In this document: in pieces, positions 13,854 through 49,174 of the stretch
Position numbering within the stretch: the first letter of the stretch is position 1
Layout of the letters: every line of letters begins with the position of its first letter
Source: Chrysomallon squamiferum
Taxonomy: Eukaryota > Animalia > Mollusca
NCBI GenBank assembly: GCA_012295275.1
Contig: CM022670.1
Coordinates: 20,708,001 to 20,772,000 of the forward strand
DNA length: 64,000 bases
Direction: 5' to 3'
Notes under the pieces: model-generated
What the model was told of the DNA's origin: nothing
Seen by the model: only the letters and a program-made list of their open reading frames with translations
Databases searched by the model: none
Program-made: the position numbers and the translations under genes

Positions 13854-16106
13854 TTCAAACAAATTAAATTGTATTTTCTTCTATCTGAAAAAGTAAAGAA
13901 AAAAATATATTTATATATATACACACATTTAATACTTTTAAAAATACCTTCATCAGATTTTGCTGTTGAATGCATATGTGAATTTTTTTTCTCAGATTTT
14001 GTTAGCAACAATTATCAGCAAATACACATTTAACTGTTGCATTAAATGAAGTGCAACTATTAGCTGGTGTTGCTGTTATAATAATCGTTTTAATTGGAAT
14101 GAAAGACGCGGTAGTGATAAATGAGAAATTGACTCAATATTTGTTTAACCACACTCCAAAGTAATAATCTGCTGCTGGGTGTCATTGCATGATCAAAGTG
14201 GTGTAACAAAATGTATCAGTGAAAAAAGCTGCTTTATTATATTTTGAACTGTATATAGTTAATTAAATCAAAATACGAACTCTAATACTGATGAAAAGAG
14301 TAGTGTCTCAGTGGATTCACTGAACTATCGAACAATTACAAGTAATCGAGTAAACTGAAGGTGTGTCAAATCGAAGCTTGAAAACTTGACGTAAACAGCC
14401 TGAACGTGCCTTTCTTCTATTTTGTTGTATTTAAGAACTATAACATTCTTAAGTCACTCTAACGTCTTATCCTTCTAAAGCCATGACCACTCGGGTGGTA
14501 GCCTACGTGATTCAGAGAGACCTAAATAGGACTGCTTTATTTCCACAGAGATAACTTAGGAATGTTATAGTTCTTCAGTGGAAAAGATTCGTTGTAAAAC
14601 AAATGGAAGAAAGACGCGTTCAGACTGTTTAATGAAACCTTGCTTATGTCTAGTTTTCAAGTAATGTATACATATAAACTGCTAAAACGGAATAACTGTA
14701 ACATTTACATAATAAGGTATGTTTCTCGTGCAAATAACAGTCCGTTTCGTACCGATTTTGTAATTACAAATTAAATACCCATAAAAAGCACAACGAAGAT
14801 CATTATATAATATTGCATCTACCTGTTAAACACGAGCTCCCTGAAAAGGCAAGTCATGCGTACTATTATATGGCGCTAAAGAGGCAAAGAACAAACCAGA
14901 AGCCGCATAAGCCAAAAAAGAGACCGAAAAAGAAGTCATAGGTGGTGATGGGCATGGAATTCGCACATCACCTCGTGCTATGATACGAAATGAAAAGATG
15001 TAGAGGAAAACCAATCCGACGATGTAGGGATAAACTCAGTGAGCGCTATTAAAGAAGCATCCGGTAGAGTATAGCACAAGACTGAAAACTGTGTCAACAA
15101 CATGCTGAGGTTTCGCCCAAGAATGGGACTGTCCGGCTAAGCAATAATAATGATTAAAAATAAATGCATTTACGTGCTATCTACGTGCTATTTATTTCTT
15201 TTGAATTTGGTAATCACACACAAATATTTCCCATTAAATTATTTCAGAACACTTGTATTTAAAGTAGATCATCACTTTTGAAATGTTTAAATTTTATTTT
15301 GCTTCATGAAAATGATAAATTAATAGGAATCTGGCGAGGGAAACTGGGCTATGAAAACGACTTGGGTAACAAGTCTATTCATCAATGAAGTAGATTTCAG
15401 ATATATTGACGTTATATCTCACAAATAAAGTTAAATCCTTCTGTTCAGTTAATATCAGCCCTTTTCCAGCCCTTTGCTGACTTGGTGTGTATCACACAGT
15501 TTTACGTCTTCAATCCGTTCGGTTCTTTCGTTCTCCAACCTCGAATTCTCAAAATCCCATCTCCATTCGCTTTCCTTTTGTATGTCTGTTTCTCTAATCT
15601 ATACGCTGTCAGTGTTATTTTCTGAGCCGTATAACAAAACGAAACACTGTAAGTATTTAAAGACTGTGCATGTGTGTATTTGTATTTGTGTGTATTATAT
15701 ACATGTGTATGTATGTATATATGAACGTACATATGTGTGCGTATGAGTGATGAAGTGTGAGTGTCAGAGATAGAAAAAAAAATATCGAGAATGGAAAAAA
15801 TATATATTTAGTCGATTTCATCTTGAGATATAATGTTAAATTAATGATAAGGTATTTAAATACTGATAAAGCAAAATGTTTTGTTTTGTATGCATTAGAT
15901 TTAGTAATCAAACAGCTGCTCCACTGACATTATTTGAACATGGAGACCATATCATTTATAATACTGATGTAGAACTAATTCTGAACTAATTTTTCATATT
16001 CAGAAATGCCAATCCGTAGGCTTTTTTTGAATACTGTGAAGCGCATTAATATATGCATATATACACATTTCCGTATGGCTTTATTTTATATTATTTATTT
16101 ATTTAA

Positions 16107-16493
16107 TTTCGTGTTTATATATTCAGTGCGTTACAGCTGCTTTAACATTCTGAATAAAATTAACTAATTCAACCAACTGTATTATATGCATATAAATATA
16201 ATGATAGAGAATTTGCAATTTATAATTTATTTAGTAATTGTCAATCGAAATTGCCAATCTGTACATATTCACAGCAATTATTTTCGGTTAGTACCAAAAA
16301 ACAAATCGAAAGAAAATTAACAAAAAACCCAACGGCAATTAAATGAATGCATAAACAGTTAATTACTAAATAAATTATAAACTGCAAATTCTCTATCATT
16401 ATATTTATATGCATATAATACAGTTGGTTGAATTAATTAATTTTATTCAGCATGTTAAAGCAGCTGTAACGCACTGAATATATAAACACGAAA
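16107..16493. repeat. Long inverted repeat (~133-bp arms, ~120-bp spacer), foldback/MITE-like
   Basis: 16107-16239 is the reverse complement of 16361-16493 with only a few mismatches. Confidence 0.9.
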
Positions 16494-17053
16494 ATACACA
16501 AAAAGTAACGTATACAATAATATCCTTCAATTATGAAATTTGAAAATGGTCACTTTTAAATCACAATGAATAAGAAAAATGTTTTCATTTATTCAAAATA
16601 TAATAACAACTTTTGTACATTATTAGCATCTGAAATTTTCTCTAAGGTAAGTAAAAAATCTAATTAATATTCCATCAGTCAGTCAACATCGAGTTTTCAT
16701 GAATCTTTAATATATATATATATATATATATATCGACCTAACAACTATGACTCTTTATGAGGTTTCAATCGATTCCATGTCGATGACTGTCGTCGAATCG
16801 TTCATTTCCGGCCAGTGAAACTTGAAAAGTGTTTGTATACATCTGAATAGTGACTGGTGTTCAAATACATACATATATATATATGTAAACTAACAATTGT
16901 AAATAAATAACTTTAAAATGTGCTATTGGGTGATTTTTTTTTTTTTTTTAAATTAAAAATGTGAACGAATAACAGAGAAAGGGATGACACAAAATATGGA
17001 CAGACGAATAAAGAAACTGACAAATGGACATTTAGAATCACTGTTAGAAAAGA

Positions 17054-17102
<49 letters not shown>

Positions 17103-17805
17103 CTAAGCATCTGTAAACTAACAAAAAAATATCGGGAAATGCATGCTTCGGATGACTTAAACATCGCTAGTAACTAGTTTGCCGTCACAATTATTAAGGC
17201 GGTCCTAATTAAGCATATGATTTTCTTAACAATCCATTGTATATCTTAAAAAATCAACTATTATATTTCAAACGAAGTACTGTTAATTTTGTTTAGAAAA
17301 TCAGAGAACTGAAGCATCTGATTCCCTGCTAATTATTATAGTAATAAATTAATCAAGTAAAGAGAGTTATGTCCCTTGTGCTGTCTCGATTGTTATGATG
17401 AATAAAACCAAAATAAAAGTAATAACGATACCTGTTCCGATAGCGGGTTGCGAAGTAAACAATGTTGAAGTGTCAAGTGTTAAGAAGTTAAATTATGACA
17501 CACAGGTGTAATTACGAATAAAAATGGATTCTTTATTGTAGAAACTGACCTCATTGATTGAAAGTATTATTGTTACAACAAGTAATTTGAAAGAAGGTAT
17601 CTAGAACCGTTTCATTTGTTTCTTTAAATTTTCTTAAGTCCTCAAAAACACCAAATGGGCAGTCTGTAACTCTGTTAGCATTGTATGATTGTACAGTAGA
17701 GGCAAATTTTTATCCATCTGCAAGAATAATGTGAAAATTTGAAATAAAGATAATAAGAAAAAAAATTGCTCAAAAAGAACAAAGAGCAAAAGTAGTAGTC
17801 TTTGT

Positions 17806-17810
<5 letters not shown>

Positions 17811-17886
<76 letters not shown>

Positions 17887-17930
17887 TAACAATAACAATA
17901 ATAATAATTTTCAGTTATAAATTAAAGTTA

Positions 17931-17967
<37 letters not shown>

Positions 17968-17975
17968 TGTGTGTT
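17811..17975. repeat. (AAT)n/(AAC)n and (TG)n microsatellites
   Basis: Directly visible. Confidence 0.9.
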
Positions 17976-18038
17976 TTTTTTCTTATCATTATATTTTATT
18001 AAAATATTTTTTAATTTACAGTTTCAGATCAATTAAAA

Positions 18039-40935
<22,897 letters not shown>

Positions 40936-42175
40936 CTATAACAATATATGAAATTGCACTCATTGTAAAAATACCTACATGAATTCTGACACTTGACTGT
41001 GAATAGAAATACATGTTTCGACTAGAGAAAACTAATAATGTCAGTTTTATTAAAGAGTAAAGTTATTCTTTGAATGAAATTTGATTCTGTACCTGATAGA
41101 GAAAAGATTTATTTTATGAAATATTTTAATGTTCCAGATGAATGAATACAATGAAATGTTTGATTACACCCACCTCTAGAAAATTGAATTCTTCTCATTC
41201 ATTAGTGATAACTTACAATAATAAGAAAGTTAAATCTTTACTTTGAGGCCTGATCCAAAAAATTAAAAATATTATAAACTGGAAATATTTTTAGAAATGT
41301 TCAAAATATTTGGTATAAGCCAATGTATTATTAAAAAGTGCTATTTTCTGTTTTACTATTTTGTTTCTGTTAAAATATTGTCTAAACAAATATTAGCAGT
41401 AGGTATTTCTTAAATAGACGAGCAGTAATTATTAAAGCACTAATGCATATCATAACTTTAAAATTAAATGTCTGTTATGTTAACAAATGAAATTTTGTCA
41501 AATTAATCATTGTTATATGACCTACAATAGCTTAATGATGCAGAAGGCATATAACATTTTCAGAAATGTACATTTACTGCTTACTACAAGTCAACAATTT
41601 TAGTGATACAAAATCAACTTTGCCTCTGGAGTGGTTGTAAAAGTTTAAGAAAGTAGAATACAAGAAAGGTATGTTCTGGCCTTGTACATAACAAATACAT
41701 GCACACATCCATCCCCAAAAAACCAATTTGTATTGATACACACATTTAGACACACACTGACAAATGCACATAAACAAACTTGTGTACACTTTGTATACCT
41801 GTTGTTCCCACCTTTTAAATATTGTATCAACAACATCTATATTGTGTTGAATACTTGATTATTATCTTTAACTTTTCATTACTGATATATTGTATTATTT
41901 TCCATCACTTTGTAAATTAATTACTTTTTTTGACTGTTTGATACGTGGCAAATCATTTTTAAATTGTAGAAGAAAGATTAATAGAAAAACTGAATTCGAT
42001 GCAAGATATTTATAAATGTGATATATATATATTTTTTAATATGATATATATGAATGTCAAATACAGATTTTATTTTCAGTTTTACTTTTACAATACATTA
42101 TTCTTTGTATCTTATGTTATTAAATTTGTACAAATATAACTTATTTTGAATAACAGATACATTCTCCGTCCACTG

Positions 42176-42181
42176 AATAAA
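42176..42181 (+). terminator. Candidate polyadenylation signal of the kinesin/CCDC78 gene
   Basis: AATAAA ~1.25 kb after the stop, followed by a GT/T-rich tract (tgttgttgttatttttatg). Confidence 0.4.
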
Positions 42182-44192
42182 TGTTTAAAAAAATATAAAA
42201 TGTTGTTGTTATTTTTATGCTTTTTATTAAATAGTTAACATTTTTTAACAATCTCTTTTTAATCTCGGCAGAATTAATACAAGTCTAGATAAACGTTTTG
42301 TTGTGCCAGATGTCACCAATGTAGATGCACAGAAGATTGTTATAACTGTTGTGGAATGAAAAACCCACAAACAAACAAACAACATTGTATAATTCAACTA
42401 CTTGATTACAGAGCCAACTAAGTGTTGTCAGACTATTTATAGCACATCACTTCTTCCTGAATAATAAACAAGATTAGACCTATGTAATTATTTTTAAAAT
42501 GAAACTTTCACAATATTTTACCATCAGATGTGAGAAAAGTTCTAGGGCGAATCAGATGGAAAGTATATTTTAAAAATACTATATGAATTGCACATTTTTC
42601 TGTAAAATATATAATAAGTGGTTCATTTTGGAAAGAACACAGTGTTTGTTGATTAGAATTTCCTTCTGCAATTTTAAATTTTTATAACTTCTGATCTATA
42701 CATAACAGAATTGGTCTGTAACAAAAATAACAGAAGAGAATTTTAACATATATTTGTTTTCGAGATTCTTATTTTTCAACACTGCCATCGTCGTTATTTT
42801 TCGGTTTTGGTTCTGTCGCTACCGTTTAGAGACGGTAACGATGTTCTTTATTTTTATATATATGTGTATATACTTTTACATCTCAAATATATGCTACAAA
42901 TGTCAACAAAACTCATATCCTCGGCACTTTTCTGTTTATTTCCTATTAACTGTGATGATTTTTTCCGTTCTTTTTCAACATTTGCCATAGTGTTCGGTTA
43001 CTATTTGCACTTATTATACTCAGGCCAAAACATTTCATTTAACGGTATTTATTTATTAAATAAATAATTACACATACATTAACTTTCCCTCATAAAATGT
43101 GTTGCAGTAAGTAGTTCAACTGACGTATTTACTTTATATTCGTTTGTAAATTCCAGATAACATTATCTGTACACAAAGTTACGATAATGATTCAGAAACA
43201 AGGAATATGTTTGGAGGGTGCTTTTTATAACAGGAGTATTAAGAATATGATACGTTTTTACTTTTAACAGTTTTATTTGAATAGCATCCTGTATGAAAAT
43301 ATAATATAATTTGACTTAATATTTAACTATTAGTACAAATGGGACATTGCACCTTCCTCTAAATTGAACATAAATAATAAGTTGTTTTATAATAATTTTG
43401 ATAGTCATCTATTGTTTTATCGCATATTTTTCATTCTCATGTATTTTATATTTATATTTTTACCGTATTGAAATAAAATTTACGAATTTACTCACGTTTG
43501 GGAGAATGCCCCCCCCCCCAATATAAAATTATGCCAAAAATTTTAAAACAAATATATAAAATACTTTAATACTGTAACTTACTACATTCCACCTGTATGT
43601 ATCATTGTCTTCACCGTTAGAATCCAGTATACAATCCAGAAAAGTGCATTTCACTCCTACTCAATGCAGGAAGAAGCCGGATGACACACTTTTATTTGGT
43701 AATATTTGCTAGAGCACTTTGAACTGTGACTGTTTGTACAAGGGGAGCTGAAAACTGTACTCTTTTTATTAAGAAACCTCAATAGAAAACTGGAGGCACA
43801 TACTGTATTGTTTTATTGTTTTTATTTTAAACTCTTTATTAAATAAGACTGGATGGCAAATAAAACATGAAATACCTTGATTGTTACATAATGTAAGGTT
43901 AAGGCCATAAAACTATTTTTGACATGATAAAACTTGACAGATTTACATATGCATCATGTACAGTTATCTCGAACCAATCATCACTGCACTAGACAAAAAA
44001 AAAAAAAAAAAAAACACCCACTATTGTGTAATATTTGTGAAATGAGATACTTCAGTCTATTTTGCGTCATGTACAGTTATCTCGAACCAATCATCATTGC
44101 ACTAGATTAAAAGAAAAAAAAAGACAAACAAAAAAGCACTCACTATTGTGTAATATTTGTGAAAAGAGACGCAACTTCAGTCTGTTTTCTTT

Positions 44193-44233
44193 TATTGGTC
44201 TGAGTTATACGAGTCTGAGACGTCACGTGAGTG
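44193..44233. promoter_or_regulatory. Candidate promoter: inverted CCAAT box plus composite CRE/E-box (gacgtcacgtga)
   Basis: attggt at ~44194, GACGTCACGTGA at ~44219-44230, and duplicated ccaatca motifs at ~43975 and ~44087. Motif evidence only. Confidence 0.3.
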
Positions 44234-45533
44234 AATTAATATTTATTATTAATTAGTTAATTAATTAATTTTCTGTTGTTATTAATGGTGATGAAAATGG
44301 TGTTACTGATGGTCGTGGTTATTTGTTTAAAACTTTAGAGTTTTACTGATATAATTACATATAATTCCCAGGACCAGATCAAGAACAGAGGTTACAAATG
44401 CGACTAGAATTCTATACAATGAATATAACATTCATAAATAATAACCCTTGAATATTAGTTCATTTACGAAACAAATTTTCTATCTTTTTTATCGTAATTG
44501 GTGAGCAAACTGACAAATACTGGTCAGAGGAACTTTAAGTGAGTTGCGAAGGTTGGTATATACATTTGAGTATTTAGCACGAAGGCTCAATACTGTCCAG
44601 GCGAGGTAACCAAGTAATTATTTTTGAAAATGTAAAACTCTCATTAGTTATAACTGTAAAAAACGTGACAGAATAATATCGAAATTATTACCTGTCTTTT
44701 TGTTTGCTAATGTAATTTTAAAAACGACTTATTAATTTGTCTATTCGTTACGTTTGTGAGTAGCTCCCATCGATATTTTATTCCAAATGAGACCACAAAT
44801 CGAATACTTTTTATGGGAAATAAATAAACGTAAATCAGTGACCAGTTCTGAGTGCTGAAATATACAAACTATTCCGCATACAATAAATAGTTTTAATATT
44901 TGTTTCACAAGATTAATCATTAAATGGTATTAAACTAACTTAGTACATTTTATCTTTGTCATTAATTTCAGTAGGAATTATCGGCAGAGAAGAAAGTCTT
45001 TTTAGACAATTCTATCGAGAAAACCAAGTATCTTGATAAAGTGTGAAATTATATTTCTTTCTATCTGTTATTATATTATATTAATTATATTATATTATAT
45101 TATATTATATTATATTTGTTTATAATATATATTTAATATTGTATATCCATGTATGTACGTATGTGTTTGTGTTTGTGTGAGTCTGTGTGTGTGTGTGTGT
45201 ATATTTTTTTCAAATGATAAAGATAATACATTATGTTTCACCAACTCTTAAAAAGACATCTATCTCTAGATGTTTGTTTGTATTCACATGGAATACCCAT
45301 CCAGAGATTTTTTATTTAGTTATATATAAGATTTTATCATTTATTTTATACCTATTTGTCTAATTGGTTGCCTGACTGTATGTCAGTCTATCATATATCA
45401 TATTTATTATTTTTAGGAACAAATACAACGATTGGGTACAAGATGTCCCCCTTTCCTATAACGCTTGCGATAACAGGCGATTTTATGTGTAAGTTCGTGC
45501 TGTTTTATACAAACATGTCACATACTTATCGAA

Positions 45534-46260
45534 TTATGGTGTTATCGTCAGATTGCAGAGTAACCAAAACACGATAACTACCTGTTTATTTTTAACATCA
45601 AAATTACAAGAAAGATTATGTCGAGAATGATGTGATAATTCATTTTTACTTCTTTTCTTTCTTTCATTACTTAGGACTTTCTTGGCGTTGGTGTCAATAT
45701 ATTTATATGGTTCATTCCCACATTTGAAAAATGTATTAAAGAAATTTAAAATTTCAGTGGGTAAATCTAAAAAGTACCTATAATAACTGTATAAACATTG
45801 TGCAATCATTGGGATAAAGGTATATAAACAACGGATTAATGTAGAATATGTGTCTAGATTGTATAAAGTTGCATTACATGTGAAAACAAAATAGAGAACC
45901 AACATATATTCTAATAAAAAATGACAGATACATACATGAATAAATAATATCTTTATTAGTCCAACAATACAATCATATTTTTGCATGCACAGAAGATGTT
46001 GAATTTTTAAATTAAATGAAATAATTAGCATACACTGAAGCACAATCTATATGAAAAAATGTTTCTTTCTAATTTATTTTATTGATGACACTTCTTTCGT
46101 AACACTTATCCAGAAATGAATATAAATGATGTGAATCAGAATTAGCTATACTTTTTTTCCATATGTTTTTCTCCAGTAATTGTTTATTTGTGAGATTATC
46201 TTAAATATAATAAACATTTCGTATACTGTAAAAGATATAAGATATAGTAATAGAAGACAT
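45534..46260 (-). pseudogene. Unknown degraded ORF diverging from NS1, probably part of the viral element
   Basis: 169-aa ORF 45534..46043 plus stop-interrupted protein-like frames further upstream (SDSHHLYSFLDKCYERSVINK..., LYCWTNKDIIYSC). No recognisable domain. Confidence 0.4.
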
Positions 46261-46267
46261 ACATACA

Positions 46268-46298
<31 letters not shown>

Positions 46299-46754
46299 TC
46301 GTATCTACATATATGGATACATACATCTACTCGTATGTTTATGAGACTATAGTTTATTTACAAAATGAAAAATAATTATGTTAAGATTTATTTCAGATTA
46401 TAATAACATTTTATCTCCCTTAATTATACTGGTTGTCATCGTTACTGGAATAGCATGGCACAACAAGTACATTTTAATATTTTTAATGTTAATGTTTATT
46501 TTTGTATGAATGGATGGATGGGCAGAAATATGGATAGATAAAAGAAAAATAGTTTGTCAAAGAGAACGAATTACAGTGAGATGTTTCTAAAAGGTTGACA
46601 TTAATAACTGATATAATTGTTGTTAACAATTTTCGAATATTAAGATCTAAATTATCCCGTGTTTTTGTTTCGTTTTTTTGTTTGTTTTATAAGTATAATT
46701 GTATTTTTCTCAGACGTCTTTTTATAGATTGTATGTAGTTCATTTTTAGAGGAA

Positions 46755-48282
46755 ATGCACGTCCAGTATATATTTTCCTTCGTGGTCAAATCATAAAACT
46801 CGTGTGACGAAAACGTGCCGGTATATTCCTTAAATACCTACAATAAAATGACGAATATAAATTCATGGGGTGTAATGATATGAATTTACACGGAGACAAA
46901 AAAAAGTTGGCAAATTCCAAGGTTCTCTTGGAAATGTCATGAACGTCAAACAACCGATAGTAAATGGAAAGATAGGGCGAAGAACATCGACGATGCTCCC
47001 AAGCAACGTATTCAAACAGTTGCTGACATTCTAGTGATATGAAGAAAAACAAAAGCCTACAACGATTGCTTGATTCTGATGACGAAGGAGACGACATGAT
47101 TGCTGATGCACCTATTAAAGAGTATTCTCCTATGCAAGCTCTCTCGAGAGCTTATCGAGAAGAAAAAAAAAAGAGTTGAACAACTTTATGTTGAAGAAGA
47201 ACCACCATCTAAGAAATTGAAACCAACATTTAGAACTGAAGCAATATCAGTAAACTGTTCAAAGAATCGCGAGCTTGCAATCGCGACGAATTGTATAACT
47301 GGATAAGAACACATAAAGCTAGATCAGATAAGATTTGCTAGATGATAGCTCCTGGAATGCCACTTGGAGGTTTTACATATCTACAAGCTGAACATACTTT
47401 TGAAGATATTATGAAGAACTGCCTTGAAACAGTTCGATCGCAAGAAGACATGTCTCAGAACATAATTGAATATCCGAGACAAATTGAATTGCCAGAAAAA
47501 GATCAGTCTGGTCATCCTGTTGCTAAACCTGAAGAAAACATGATGAACTTCATTATTGGTGTAATCGTGCTGAGATTGATCCAATAACATTAGCAAGCAA
47601 AATAGTTTATATTTTAATCAAGGCATACAAAAACAAATCAACTGTTTGTTTACAGGGGCCTACAACAGTTGGCAAATCTTACTGGTTAATTAACCCGTTC
47701 ACACTGTTACCTGATCACATTACTGGAAGAGCTAGTAAAAATGAAACATTCGGATTTGAAACTTGCCCTAACAAAAACATAATTCTTATAGATCAGTGCA
47801 ACATCACGAAAAACACTGCTGAAAGATACAAAAGTATTTTACGAGGAAATGATGTTGAAGTAGAAAGAAAGAACAAACCACCTCAAGTTGGGCATAAAAC
47901 TCCAGTGATGATATGCTCCAATAGAGATCCTTGGTTCGGTTTAACATATGATGATATTGAACCACTTCTTGAACGTATATATAGAGTGCTCATAAATGAT
48001 GCCCTACGTTCTGAATTGAAAGATCATCTGTTTGGAGCTATATCACCAAATCCAAAAATGTGGGTTTTGTTTTATGATTGGCTTAATAAAAGCCAAATTG
48101 ATTTCAGTCAAATTTGTGCTCAAGACTGGGATGAACCTTTTGAATGTGAATTCGATCACCCAGCTTTCAACGGGACTATATTCCCTGCACAATATGTTCA
48201 TCTTAAAGATGATCTAACTGTCGAAGAGGTCGAAGAAGGCATAAAGTTGTCTTCCTCTGATGACGATGATGAAACAGTATGA
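46755..48282 (+). pseudogene. NS1: Parvovirus/densovirus-like NS1 (Rep) with SF3 helicase
   Basis: Open frame 47533-48282 (249 aa, no early ATG, so the track shows only 47905..48282): KSTVCLQGPTTVGKS (Walker A, 47656-47679), NETFGFETC, IILIDQ (Walker B), ERYKSILRGNDVEVERKNK (B'), TPVMICSNRDPW (motif C), LLERI (Arg finger), acidic tail. Upstream fragments (47100..47306, 47342..47587) join through frameshifts and stops. Confidence 0.88.
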
Positions 48283-49174
48283 ACGACTTAATCAATATGT
48301 GTAATAACACTTACTTATTTAAGAAATTTGTGGTACCATTTGTAAGAGTTCTGTTAGATAACTGGGTTTTTGTTGACTGGCATTGTTTACTACAGTTTAA
48401 ACATTATCAAAAACCGTATGACATAAATAATTGTAAAACATTACCAGTTGTTTATCATTTTGATTTAAATAGACTAACACAAAGCACGTATGCTACATTT
48501 ATAACTATTTTTGCACATGTTAGGAACATATAATTTTGTGAATTATCATTTGATATTAAAAAAGGTATTAAAACACATAAAGAACAAAAAAAACGATATC
48601 ATCATAACTAATAAAGATACATTACATTTATTACAGATTCTCGAAAAAGCATCAGTAGGTTTTGCACTTGATGACGTATGCAAATACGGAAAATTAATTG
48701 ATCATAGAACAGACTATCAAGCACTTGGAGCACAATATACTGATTTTAAATCACAAGCACCTTTGTCGATTTAATACACCAAGAAAATAACTAACACAAA
48801 GAAAATGGGTTTAGCAATTTTGAATCCTACTAACACTAATTTCAAAGATGAAAAACATCATACAGAAGTGCGTATCTGAAACTGTAGTGTACTTACAAAT
48901 ATTACAACATATGTATCCAGAAGAAAAAGACAACCACATGCATGTATTGCAAATATTAACAAAATGCATGGAACTATTCAATACGTACCGTGACACCAAA
49001 AGAAAGCATACGAACAAAATGATTTTATTAACATCACTCTATGATTTAGGAATACTAACTTCTGTTGTTGATTGTTATAATATTAAATGGACTTATTTTG
49101 ATAATATTTTATCATTATTTAATTTTGATGTTAAATCTATTTTTAATAAAGATACAAACAATTTGAAATTGTAA
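48279..49174 (+). pseudogene. Unknown viral-like ORF cluster downstream of NS1 (fragments 48279..48533, 48511..48774, 48848..49174)
   Basis: First ATG overlaps the NS1 stop (gtATGAac). Successive fragments overlap or abut on the same strand, as expected of one or two frameshifted genes. Confidence 0.5.
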
